From Basidiobolus meristosporus CBS 931.73 (Eukaryota; Fungi; Basidiobolomycota), in assembly GCA_002104905.1 (NCBI GenBank), contig MCFE01000405.1, positions 1 through 64,000 on the forward strand: a stretch of 64,000 nucleotides of DNA, written 5' to 3'. Positions 1-10,571 of the stretch are shown piece by piece; within the stretch, counting starts at the first letter, position 1, and every line of letters begins with the position of its first letter. A program made the position numbers and the translations under genes. The notes under the pieces are model-generated. The model searched no databases. It was not told the origin of the DNA and saw only the letters and a list, made by a program, of their open reading frames with translations.

Positions 1-61
1 GCACAGTGGAGCGAATGTATTGAATCTACTTGGAAAGCGTCTCACGGATCCCAGACAGGAG

Positions 62-68
62 TATAAAA
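62..68 (+). promoter_or_regulatory. Candidate TATA box for the 7TM-RGS gene
   Basis: TATAAAA ~165 bp upstream of ATG 230; position is the only support. Confidence 0.3.
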
Positions 69-229
69 TGCGATCCCATCGGCCCCTGTCGACCGACATT
101 GGCAGGCATTCCCTACTCCCCTCGCAATCCTAATTTTACCTTACATAACCCAAAGGCGTAAGCCAACAATCATTAATCCCGCGCGCTGAGTGATTTATTT
201 TCGCCTACGACAGGCCAGTGATTGAATTA

Positions 230-1606
230 ATGCTCGATGCTGGTGCGATTATAGCTTTCGTGCTAGGGCCACTCTGGGTGGTTCAAGCCCTGATAGTAGC
301 GAGGGTGTTTTGGAAGAAAAAGAATATTGATTGTATAAAGTACCGTTCTCCAGGGCTGACTCTGGTCGCTCTCTGCTCGATATGCATCATCGGCACCATG
401 TACATCATCCGACTGTCCAGCGCCTATCGCTTCCCATGCTTCCTCGCCCTGTGGTTTACCCAGCTGGGATACCCCATCATTTACCTGTGTATCCTGGGAC
501 GCTCGCTACGCTTCCTCTTCCTCTATCGGTTGAGCGAGGCCAAGCTGGCCGCCGCGCTCAATACCAAGATCCGCTCCAAGCTATTCAAGAAGTCCGACGG
601 GATGGGCGCGAATCTCATCAAGCGATCCAGCGAGGATTCTGGCTTGGAGTTGCAGAACCTCACCTACACTTCAGAGTCGTCCTTCCCGACATCGTCGTTT
701 CCGCTCGAGGAGAACTGGTACTACAAACACAGACGGATCCTTGGTTCTAACGTTCTAGGTACGCTGATGAGCGTGGTGGTGCTTTTTCACGTCATCCTCT
801 TGATGATCATCCAGGTCGTAAGCCCCCGCTTCGCCATCGTCCCGTCGGTCGCTGATGAGAATTGCCTGATCGGATGGGAGTGGATACCGCATCGGTTCTT
901 CGTGATATTCTACACAGTGTTGATCATAGTGCTTATCTTGATGCTGCTTTCGGTCAGCGACGCCTACGGGATTCGCCGCGAGCTAATCATCATGTGCACC
1001 ATCAGCACTTCGATTGACATCTTTCTGATCATTTTCTTCTCCGTGCCAGCCATGCAGGTGCTGGACCCGAATATCTTCTCGCTGGCTATAGCGTTGATCC
1101 CCATCTTCACATTCTACTACTTCATGGTTCTGAAGCCCATTCTCGAGTCCTACGGGTTCACCACGCTTTTCCAAACCCTGATAGGTCGCTCCCCACAGAT
1201 CGCCCTAACCTCCAGCATGGAGTCCTTCGAGACCCTGCTTCGTACCCCGACATTATTCGAGCAGTTCAAGCTATTCGCGGTGAAAGACTTCACCATCGAA
1301 AACGTGCTGTTTTACGAGCATTGCTGCCGTATCCATGAATTGGCCGCCACATCGTCCAACTACGCCGAGGAGCTGCAGGAGATATTCACCATCTTCATTG
1401 CGCAAGACTCCCGCTTCATGATCAACCTGAATGGACGCACATTCCGAAAATTGCGCCAGATGGTGGTGGAAAGAAAGTTTGAGGAAAATATGTACGACGA
1501 GGCGAAAGAGGAGGTCAAGGATCTCATGTTCCGTAACACGTATCCAAGATTCCTGCAGACCCGTAGAAATACGAACATCCGATGGGATGCTGTAGCCGAG
1601 GCATAG
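230..1606 (+). CDS. 7-transmembrane protein with C-terminal RGS (regulator of G-protein signalling) domain, ~458 aa
   Basis: Uninterrupted ORF; first ATG at 230 (track starts at GTG 218). About seven hydrophobic segments are followed by RGS-type motifs FETLL..PTLFEQFKLFAVKDFTIENVLFY, IFTIFIAQDSRFMINL and YDEAKEEVKDLMFRNTYPRFL. Confidence 0.85.
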   Translation: MLDAGAIIAFVLGPLWVVQALIVARVFWKKKNIDCIKYRSPGLTLVALCSICIIGTMYIIRLSSAYRFPCFLALWFTQLGYPIIYLCILGRSLRFLFLYRLSEAKLAAALNTKIRSKLFKKSDGMGANLIKRSSEDSGLELQNLTYTSESSFPTSSFPLEENWYYKHRRILGSNVLGTLMSVVVLFHVILLMIIQVVSPRFAIVPSVADENCLIGWEWIPHRFFVIFYTVLIIVLILMLLSVSDAYGIRRELIIMCTISTSIDIFLIIFFSVPAMQVLDPNIFSLAIALIPIFTFYYFMVLKPILESYGFTTLFQTLIGRSPQIALTSSMESFETLLRTPTLFEQFKLFAVKDFTIENVLFYEHCCRIHELAATSSNYAEELQEIFTIFIAQDSRFMINLNGRTFRKLRQMVVERKFEENMYDEAKEEVKDLMFRNTYPRFLQTRRNTNIRWDAVAEA

Positions 1607-4180
1607 TCACCCCCTCCCCTCCACCAATCTGTACTTTTTCTTTCTGTTCGAAATGAACTAATATCATGTGTCCACTGTTTGTATACAACTCTCGACCACT
1701 TCTCCACAAATCACGCTTGATTCCCCACGCACTTGGTTAATTTTCTCGATGACACCAATTCTCTTAGACCTGATTCGTACTTGCCGCACACCTAACCAAC
1801 CAATGTGACTTGCTTGTGCTTTTGGAATTTCTCTTAGACTATCATGATTAAACGACTGTTTCACCATTCATCTCGCATAGCCTCATTCCCTGGATCACCC
1901 CAGCCATCGTTGGGTCCATGAATCCAGCCTCCAGACATTTCCGAGAGAGCAGCAGACATGTTGTGCTACGCTGTGGCTAGGTGCAAGAACATTCTATACA
2001 GCAAGAAGTCCACCGAGCATCACATGAATAAGCAAGTAGGATCTGGCGCATGCGTGATGTGGATTAACTGATTCCTAGAGGACGGGCTATCCCCCGATTC
2101 TCCCTCTACATGCATATGAACTACCCCAACCAGTGCGGTTCCGGGTGAGCAGTAGCGGAGGAAGGGGCAAATACGAATTCGTTCAACAAGCCTGGTCGTT
2201 GTACCGGCGCAGGGATTCTCGGGACAGCACCCCAAAGGAGGTCAAGGTTCGCTCCTTTGGAAGATCGCTGCTGGGGTTACTCAGAAGATGGACGATGATT
2301 TGCCGTACCTCTCATGCTGTCTTGCGTGGATGGATGGGCCGCACAATGGAGCGGCATAACTGGTCTGGCAAGGGACACCATCGGTTAGTCAACCAGTCAC
2401 AGTGAGTTATGGAATGGCCAAGGTTACGTTTAATCAATGTCACTCAACGTGTAGGACAGTGAGTTCTACATTGGAGCAACCTCTATTCATGTTCCTGCCC
2501 ATTAGACGCCACATGGCTGTGGACGAAATTAAAAGCGAGCAGATCAGAGTTTTGTGTCCATCTATATCCGATAGGATGATGATGACGATGATGTTGATGG
2601 TAAGGGTCTTCCTAAACGCCCTTGGAAAGCATCATTCGTGCCACAGCATTGTTACATTGGCTGTATTGGTCACTTACCCTACTTTCCCCATCCAAGCCAA
2701 GTTAATCAAGAATGCTGCTAACGGTGCAATTTTCTTGACAGGATTGTTGATATCCCAAGACTGGTCACGATCCCTAGGGTTTAGGGTTGCACCACAGCGG
2801 GCAAGATGGAAACTGCGATGGTGTATCAGAAAGCATTATCCACGATGTAGCCATACCACTTGTCGACACAGCTGATGGATTGTTGTTGGACTGATTGGAA
2901 ATCGACCTTTGATTTCCGACTTCATCACGGAAACATGGGGGCTAATAGATTTAGTGTGTTGTACAAGTCGAATCGTACCCACCGTATTGGCCCGGGTCGA
3001 ATGAATAAGTAGTAGGCCAACGCTGCAATGCCATTGTTGACATCCGAGGATGTCACTCAAGATACGACGACCTGTCCATCTGGAGATCCATCCACTTGGC
3101 AAGTCATCAGTCTTTCTCCTTTCCAGCGGACAACATGGAATCAGCGACCTTGCCCAACTTGCCCAGCTACACACGTTGCTGCCAAATCAGAGCCAGCAGT
3201 CCAATTGTTACCTCACGCGATATCCGGAGGGATGCTCAAATCTCTGATCATAGGTGGCAATCCGGAGAAGCTTGAACTGCGTTGGTTTATCAGTGTCGGA
3301 TGGCCAAGGTGTCGTGCCCCTCTTTTCATGCTCAACCCTCGCAATGAGGTTGATCCATCTTACCTTGATTCATCGTGATCATAGGCATTCTTTTGAGTGG
3401 TCATTGGTGGCTTCAGATGGACTTTTATAGGAAATCCTTCAACAATCCCATGCCAAATCAGGACAGGTAACCAGACCTCGTGCGTATCACCAAGGGTTCA
3501 AACAGGCGGGATTTGGGATTCTGACCAGATATGGCTTAAGGGCTCCCCAAATCAGGACACACCTGGCAAAAATTGCCTTTCCAATCCACCCTATAGTCGG
3601 CTTGCCTACGTGTGTGAGAAGCTACCCAGCCCACTAAACCCGATCGTGTTCATCATCGAAGAACCGTGCTTAGCTTAGTCTGGAATGAGTTACACACGAA
3701 TCATCAGTTCCATAATGACGGAGTTGTCTACACACTGAACAGGGCAGCAATGGCTACCACGCACCAGGTCACACCATTCGAGTTCTACTCCCGTATTCCC
3801 AAACAACTAGCAGCTGATTTCATAACACTTTTCGAAATCCCTATTCCTGTGGACAAGTGTCGAAACCAGCAGGTAGTCATAGTATTTTCGTCATATTGGC
3901 CGCTTCCTATGGCACTCCACGTGGCTGCTTGTGAAGGACAAGGAACCCAAAATGCCTAGCCCAGTTCAGCAATCGAATAAAATTCCCCTACGTGGTCAAT
4001 AACATTGATGTTCCATCGTGACAGGGTTTTTGATCGCCTGACGCCCTTTCTATCTACTGATTGGCTCGTCGCTAGAGCACGAACCAATGGGGAAGTTTGT
4101 CGAGCAGATATAAAATACGCACATGGCCATTGGGTCACCCAGCACCCGTCCTAATCACTTTTTACAAACGACCACTTAAC

Positions 4181-4699
4181 ATGCTCGCCCCAACTCGCAT
4201 ACCTAACCACCCACGAACATTCATACTGGAACACCGAGGCATCACTTCGCTGGCTAAAGATACTGAAGGAAACATCGCCTATTACCAGTTGATACGGTCA
4301 AATCAATTTCGCACCAAGTCCACCCTGGTGGATGTGAGTACTGGGCGCGACGTGCTGACTTTGCGTCGACGCAATCGCTTCCGGTATGTCAAGGTAAGTA
4401 ATCGTATCGACAACACCTCCGAATATTTTGTCTATCCGATCCCTGGCTTCTACTCCTTTGTGTTCCAATACGGCGGGTGCAATTACTGCTGGCATGCACT
4501 TACCGATGGCACGCTGGCATGCCTGGACATGGGAACCAATGGTACCATCGCTTGTTTTGCCCCGAAGGGCCCGAAGTCGTCTCTCACTCAATCCGAAACC
4601 GGGGAACTAACTCTGAACGAGGGAACCGAGAAAATGCAGCCCTTTCTAATCGCCTCGGTGTTTATCCTTGTGAATATCCTTTATAAGCCTGACCAGTAA
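4181..4699 (+). CDS. Small (~172 aa) protein, possibly tubby-C/LURP-one-like beta-barrel with C-terminal helix
   Basis: Clean ORF from ATG 4181 (track starts at TTG 4097). Beta-strand-like pattern, FVFQYGGCNYCW, and hydrophobic terminal helix FLIASVFILVNIL. Family assignment is pattern recognition only. Confidence 0.55.
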   Translation: MLAPTRIPNHPRTFILEHRGITSLAKDTEGNIAYYQLIRSNQFRTKSTLVDVSTGRDVLTLRRRNRFRYVKVSNRIDNTSEYFVYPIPGFYSFVFQYGGCNYCWHALTDGTLACLDMGTNGTIACFAPKGPKSSLTQSETGELTLNEGTEKMQPFLIASVFILVNILYKPDQ

Positions 4700-6038
4700 T
4701 CCCACCCCGCCTCGATGAAATCCAGCGCGGCCTGTTTACTCTTTCAAATTAGTAGCCCCACCTGAGTTCTCTGTAAATAGTTCGGTGCTGCACTTGTTGC
4801 CCGCCTATTCCCTGGTGTAAATTGGTCGGTTTTGATAGCACTCCATAATAAATCATCTGTTCATCACAACTGATCCTGGGATCCCCACGACCCAGTCCGA
4901 TCCAGTTTGAGAATTCCCTGCTTCCCTGCCGAATGGGGGATGTGATTTCATCTGAATTTCATGTACTAAAGGGGAATGTAGCCAGCCTTCTTACTCGAGT
5001 CTCATGCAACCCGTTAGGGTCAGTCAACATCGAGTCTTTTTATGGACAGGCAGATGTTATATCGTCGCTCCGTTAGTTTCTACTCCCGTGGGAGAGAAGA
5101 TAGAAACTGCAGACCGGTGTCTGCATCGACGAACGTGTCGAATCCTATCTGGGCACCCCGAATTTTGTTGATTTCGACAAGGGCCCTTGAATTTTGGGAT
5201 ACTCCATATATTGTGTAGCCTTGAGGATATTTCTTCAAGGAGATCCCCATGGGAATTCCCCTCCCCCTGCCCAACTTGCCCATCCATGGAATGTTGCACG
5301 CCCCGAGTCCATTTCCCATACGATTTTGAGTAGCGTCCGATCCCCACATATACTACCCACCCTCCCTGAACTGATTCTGCATAACCAGTTTCCGGATAAA
5401 GTATCCTCCTATCGATCTCATCGAGCTTGATTCCTCACACCCTTGGTCTACATGGTTGTCATCCCTAAGAACAATCAATCCGCTGTAGGCGATAACCGTT
5501 GTTACGATGAACAGTGGGCAACTTAGTGACCGTCCTGTTTATGTTTGAGGCAAAACCATGCCGGGGCTGGTGAGAATGGCTTTCCGAAGATGTCTTACTC
5601 CCCGTCCTTACTCCGCATAAGGTGCATCGTTGGCATCCTGACAGTTCGGCTGAAGAATACTTCATTGAAGGCGAGGGCGGTTAGGTCTATATAGGCTATT
5701 TTCTATCCTGCGTCCTATTTGCGATGCAATCTTCATGCTTACAAGGGCTAGGTTCGATTCATGTTGTCATATCAGTCAGGTCCCAAGTCAGATTGGTTTG
5801 TTGGCCATTCTCTCTGCCCAGCCAATCCTCGTCCGCACCTTCTATTCCACCGCAAATAATTGGCTGATATCCATCCTGAATTGTGAAAATGCCTGTTATT
5901 TATTCAAAATGCAACTCACGCGATGGATCCGGTGGTGTGGCAAATGCCGTTCAGGGGGATGCGGAATATGACGAGGATATTGGTTCGGAATTTGGAAACC
6001 TTTGACCTCGAGAATTTGCCAAATATTCAGCTGGAGAG

Positions 6039-7295
6039 GATAGATGGGTTTGACAGTTGTGGCCCATGTTGAAGAATGAAGTTTGTCGCTTAATTCCACA
6101 CTCCTTACTCTCTGCCATTCCACCCTTCCCTCAACGCAACCCACCGGGCTGTTCGGTGTGCGTTGAGTCTATTGCGCAGTGAAGTAAATGAAAGAGCGCG
6201 GCGATGGACTCCCCTCTATTTCTTGTCGGAGTTCTCGATCTCCTCGCAGATCTGCTCAAGGGACTTGCCCTTGGTCTCGGGGATCCAGAAGGTGGTGAGG
6301 AAGCCGAGGAACATGATCCCCGAGAATATGCCCAGTGTTTGTGGCAGGAAGGCGTGGTCGCCATCGGCCCCGCCCAGCTCGACCAGCTGGTTGAAGCCGA
6401 AGGTGGCGATGATCGCCCCAAGCTTCCCTGACGCCGCGGAGATGCCATGGGCGGTGGAGCGGAATCGGGTGGGGAACACCTCGGAGGGTAGTACGAACGT
6501 CGTGGTGTTCGGGCCGAAGTTGAAGAAGAACTGAGCGAGGGTGAAGAGGGCGATGAACAGCGCGACCGCCGTCTCCTGGATCTTGTGGAAGCCAGTCGAG
6601 AGGACCACAAAGATCGCCGTCAGCATGGCGAAGCCCATCAGCTGAATCCGGATACGGCCCATCCGCTCGATGAGGAACACGGTGAACCAGTAACCCGGGA
6701 CCGTGCCCATCAGCGAGATGATCATGTTCCCCACCGCTTCGGTCCACATGGCATCGTACGGGGCCATCCCCTTCGAGGAGTATCCGATCGCCTGGAGCAC
6801 GTACGACTGGTTGAGCGATAACCCGTAGAATGCAATGTCAAGGAAGAACCAGGAGAGCGAGGTGCCGAGTAGCACTTTGAGATTCTTCCACTTGCCAAAA
6901 TGCTGCCCGAATGTCTCCTCGGCCGCCGGCTGCATGGGCGCCAGGGATGAAGAAGGGGGCGCCACATGGGCGATCTTCTCGTCACGACACTCCATCCCTC
7001 GCTCCTCCGCCTCCTCCCCGACCACCATCTCCTCCCCCATCTTATCGCGGTCCCCGAGAACAGCGTGGAGGTCCCTCGCGGCCTTCTCGACATCCCCCTT
7101 CACCTCCATGGTGTAGCGCGGGGACTCGGGCATGTTCAGTCGGAACCATACGGTGAAGATCGCCGGGACACAGGTTGATGATGAAGATGTCATAGGCGTC
7201 GGTGAAGAATCCGATACCCGCGACGATGATGGCGCGCATGTGCCAACCGGTTAGCTTTGTCTCGTTCAGATTCGTTAGCTGATCTCCTGCCATGG
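6039..7295 (-). repeat. Left arm of inverted duplication of the phosphate transporter gene
   Basis: 6039-7170 is the reverse complement of 9308-10439 and 7171-7295 of 8686-8810. Only three substitutions seen (6132, 6139, 7192). Confidence 0.97.
6216..7293 (-). pseudogene. PHO84: PHO84-like transporter copy with internal 497-bp frameshifting deletion
   Basis: Starts MAGDQLTNLNETKLTGW like the + copy. After ...IFIINL it jumps to the equivalent of 9308 and shifts frame (83-aa ORF 7042-7293). The downstream frame 6216-7170 matches the C-terminal half of the + copy. Confidence 0.88.
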
Positions 7296-8687
7296 CTAGT
7301 CTCTCGAAATTCCATACACGTCAGGACTTGAGATAGTCGTGTAAGTACATGTAGCGATGGATTTTCCTGGAGCTTTGGGCCAATCATGAATTGATCTTCT
7401 GCACGATGGGCGACCTCTGTGGTTGATTGGCGGTGAAGCGGCAGGATCATTGACCACATTTAGAGAGTTTGAGATTAGGCCCGATGATGTATAGCCTTAT
7501 TTGCAATGATCATGAAGATAACCTTGTTCCATGGTAGTTTATTTCTCGTCTATTTCGGATAGATGGTTCCAGTTGCCTTACATTTCCACACATGCAGGCC
7601 TAAATATAGATAAAGATTTGCCTACCGGATCCAGTAGGCTCTTACCCGTGGTGAATGGTGAATCCTCTAGATACCCAATTTAATTAGCCTTTTGATGTAC
7701 TCTGAGGTGCCTATTTGGCTGGCGATCACTTCGGGATAGTGTTGCAACCTGCAGGGATTTCCTATTCTCGGAACCACTTACGGTAATCGTGATGGCGACC
7801 ACCAACTTGGCGAGTTTGGTTCGCTTCGATTTCGGGTGGATTTGCTCCCCCGACGTGTTAGGAGATTGCTGTTTATGTGGGATACGGATGTTATTCCAAA
7901 ATTGGCCTACTGTGGCAAGATACGAGTGAATGGAAAGCCACCCGTGTTAGTGCCGAAAGAGGGATGTTCATTTGATCGAATTTGCACAGAAACCATAATA
8001 TGCACCTCTTGACGCGGATATTCGCGATGGTGCCCGAGTGGCATACACTCTGCAATCGCCAATTTTGAAGGGTTTTGTTCGGCGTCTGTTGCTATCATCA
8101 GAACGAGATGATTGCCGACAAACATCTAGCTTCCAAGGCAAGGCTCACTCCATTCCTAGAACATAAGGGATGCACGGATATGTAGTAATTTACATCCAGC
8201 CAAATGCTTAGTAGGTTACCAATTGAGTGTTCCTTAACTGGCGAAAAGGCCACCCTGTATTCCGGTCATCCTCCCATGGCGAAAAGCATAGAAATTTGGG
8301 GGATGAATAATACCAAATCCGGTAGTACCAATGCATGATTGGGATGGTATTTGGCCAAAATCTCCTCATACTCCAGATCGCCAATCATTCCGTCCGGTGA
8401 CAAGTGGATGTGGAAAATCGATGTGGTGCTAATGAGGCGAAATGGATTCAAGCTCTCAGGGGATTTTGAGAATTAGTACTAATAGGGTCGCCACTTTTGT
8501 CCTTTCTTCACATGGACCAGAAGCATTGATGCTTTGTTCTGGGTCCGCATACCCTGGGGTGTCTACGAGAGGGGACGATGTCATTGGTCTGCCAACTGGA
8601 GTTTCTGATATAAATTGCTCGCACCAGGCCAACATAGCTTACAACTTGGACTCCGTATTTACTGCAGAGAATTCAGGGAGCTTGACC

Positions 8688-10262
8688 ATGGCAGGAGATC
8701 AGCTAACGAATCTGAACGAGACAAAGCTAACCGGTTGGCACATGCGCGCCATCATCGTCGCGGGTATCGGATTCTTCACCGACGCCTACGACATCTTCAT
8801 CATCAACCTGGCCGTCCCAATGATGGGCTACGTCTACTACGCGGAAAACAACAACCGGGTCCCCAAGGAGTTTGAAGGCCCACTCAAGGGCTCCACCGCG
8901 TTCGGCACCCTGATCGGTCAGCTGCTATTCGGCTACCTGAGCGACAAGCTTGGCCGGAAGAAGATGTACGGCTCCGAGTTGATCATCATCATCTTGGCCA
9001 CGTTCTGCTGCGCGATGGCCGGGTCATGGGGGAAGGGGGTGAACATGATCGCGATGCTGGCTCTCTGGCGATTCATCCTTGGAGTGGGCATCGGCGGGGA
9101 CTACCCGGTGAGCGCGGTGATCACCTCGGAGTTCGCCTCGACCAGCCGACGTGGGATGATGATCTCGGCGGTGTTCGCCTCCCAAGGTATCGGCATTCTG
9201 GTGGCGGCGCTGTTCACGGTGATGGTGCTGGCGTGCTTCCAGAATCTGATCCGGGAGGATCAGACGAACTTTGACTACGTGTGGAGACTGATGCTTGGGT
9301 TTGGATGTGTCCCGGCGATCTTCACCGTATGGTTCCGACTGAACATGCCCGAGTCCCCGCGCTACACCATGGAGGTGAAGGGGGATGTCGAGAAGGCCGC
9401 GAGGGACCTCCACGCTGTTCTCGGGGACCGCGATAAGATGGGGGAGGAGATGGTGGTCGGGGAGGAGGCGGAGGAGCGAGGGATGGAGTGTCGTGACGAG
9501 AAGATCGCCCATGTGGCGCCCCCTTCTTCATCCCTGGCGCCCATGCAGCCGGCGGCCGAGGAGACATTCGGGCAGCATTTTGGCAAGTGGAAGAATCTCA
9601 AAGTGCTACTCGGCACCTCGCTCTCCTGGTTCTTCCTTGACATTGCATTCTACGGGTTATCGCTCAACCAGTCGTACGTGCTCCAGGCGATCGGATACTC
9701 CTCGAAGGGGATGGCCCCGTACGATGCCATGTGGACCGAAGCGGTGGGGAACATGATCATCTCGCTGATGGGCACGGTCCCGGGTTACTGGTTCACCGTG
9801 TTCCTCATCGAGCGGATGGGCCGTATCCGGATTCAGCTGATGGGCTTCGCCATGCTGACGGCGATCTTTGTGGTCCTCTCGACTGGCTTCCACAAGATCC
9901 AGGAGACGGCGGTCGCGCTGTTCATCGCCCTCTTCACCCTCGCTCAGTTCTTCTTCAACTTCGGCCCGAACACCACGACGTTCGTACTACCCTCCGAGGT
10001 GTTCCCCACCCGATTCCGCTCCACCGCCCATGGCATCTCCGCGGCGTCAGGGAAGCTTGGGGCGATCATCGCCACCTTCGGCTTCAACCAGCTGGTCGAG
10101 CTGGGCGGGGCCGATGGCGACCACGCCTTCCTGCCACAAACACTGGGCATATTCTCGGGGATCATGTTCCTCGGCTTCCTCACCACCTTCTGGATCCCCG
10201 AGACCAAGGGCAAGTCCCTTGAGCAGATCTGCGAGGAGATCGAGAACTCCGACAAGAAATAG
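8688..10262 (+). CDS. PHO84: MFS inorganic phosphate:H+ symporter (PHO84/PHT1 family), 524 aa
   Basis: Family motifs VAGIGFFTDAYDIF, DKLGRKKMYG, GVGIGGDYPVSAVITSEFA, SWFFLDIAFYG, FFFNFGPNTTTF, EVFPTRFRSTAHGISAASGKLGA, PETKGKSLE. ATG 8688 preferred over 8442 because homology with the inverted copy begins there. Confidence 0.95.
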   Translation: MAGDQLTNLNETKLTGWHMRAIIVAGIGFFTDAYDIFIINLAVPMMGYVYYAENNNRVPKEFEGPLKGSTAFGTLIGQLLFGYLSDKLGRKKMYGSELIIIILATFCCAMAGSWGKGVNMIAMLALWRFILGVGIGGDYPVSAVITSEFASTSRRGMMISAVFASQGIGILVAALFTVMVLACFQNLIREDQTNFDYVWRLMLGFGCVPAIFTVWFRLNMPESPRYTMEVKGDVEKAARDLHAVLGDRDKMGEEMVVGEEAEERGMECRDEKIAHVAPPSSSLAPMQPAAEETFGQHFGKWKNLKVLLGTSLSWFFLDIAFYGLSLNQSYVLQAIGYSSKGMAPYDAMWTEAVGNMIISLMGTVPGYWFTVFLIERMGRIRIQLMGFAMLTAIFVVLSTGFHKIQETAVALFIALFTLAQFFFNFGPNTTTFVLPSEVFPTRFRSTAHGISAASGKLGAIIATFGFNQLVELGGADGDHAFLPQTLGIFSGIMFLGFLTTFWIPETKGKSLEQICEEIENSDKK

Positions 10263-10516
10263 AGGGGAGTCCATCGCCGCGCTCTTTCATTTACTTCACT
10301 GCGCAATAGACTCAACGCACACCGAACAGCCCGGTGGGCTGCGTTAAGGGAAGGGTGGAATGGCAGAGAGTAAGGAGTGTGGAATTAAGCGACAAACTTC
10401 ATTCTTCAACATGGGCCACAACTGTCAAACCCATCTATCTTTTCGACCCTCTCATTTTTCGGCGATCGGTACGGAGTAAACCTTGTCTGCGAAAATTGCC
10501 CTACGCCGAGATCGAA

Positions 10517-10571
10517 TACGTATCCGTATCCGTATACCTCTACCTATACCTAAACCTAAACCTAAACCTAT
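10517..10571. repeat. Short graded hexamer repeat (GTATCC to CTATAC to CTAAAC)
   Basis: Read directly: atacgtatccgtatccgtatacctctacctatacctaaacctaaacctaaacctat. Confidence 0.7.

Noticed and set aside
2575-2597. (GAT)n microsatellite
   Set aside because: Short, imperfect and ordinary.
1700-4050. Short ORFs between the RGS gene and the 4181 ORF
   Set aside because: No motifs or coherent coding pattern; several begin at non-ATG codons.
5057-5665. Possible minus-strand gene starting MKYSS near a TATA-like motif
   Set aside because: The splice combinations I tried all hit stops, and no recognisable product emerged.
7165-7176. Deletion junction as a removed intron (retrocopy)
   Set aside because: The deleted segment has no GT...AG ends, shifts the frame and is coding in the intact copy.
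7296-8685. Phosphate-response motifs in the shared intergenic region
   Set aside because: No CACGTG or CACGTT seen; one GGATATTC (plant P1BS-like) near 8016 is within chance expectation.
8442-8687. 82-codon N-terminal extension of the transporter in the ORF track
   Set aside because: Not PHO84-like, and homology with the inverted copy starts at ATG 8688. More likely a stop-free 5' region, though not disproved.
6131-10347. Many overlapping alternate-frame and antisense ORFs over both transporter copies
   Set aside because: Expected shadows of GC-rich coding sequence; low-complexity Arg/Pro/Ser translations.
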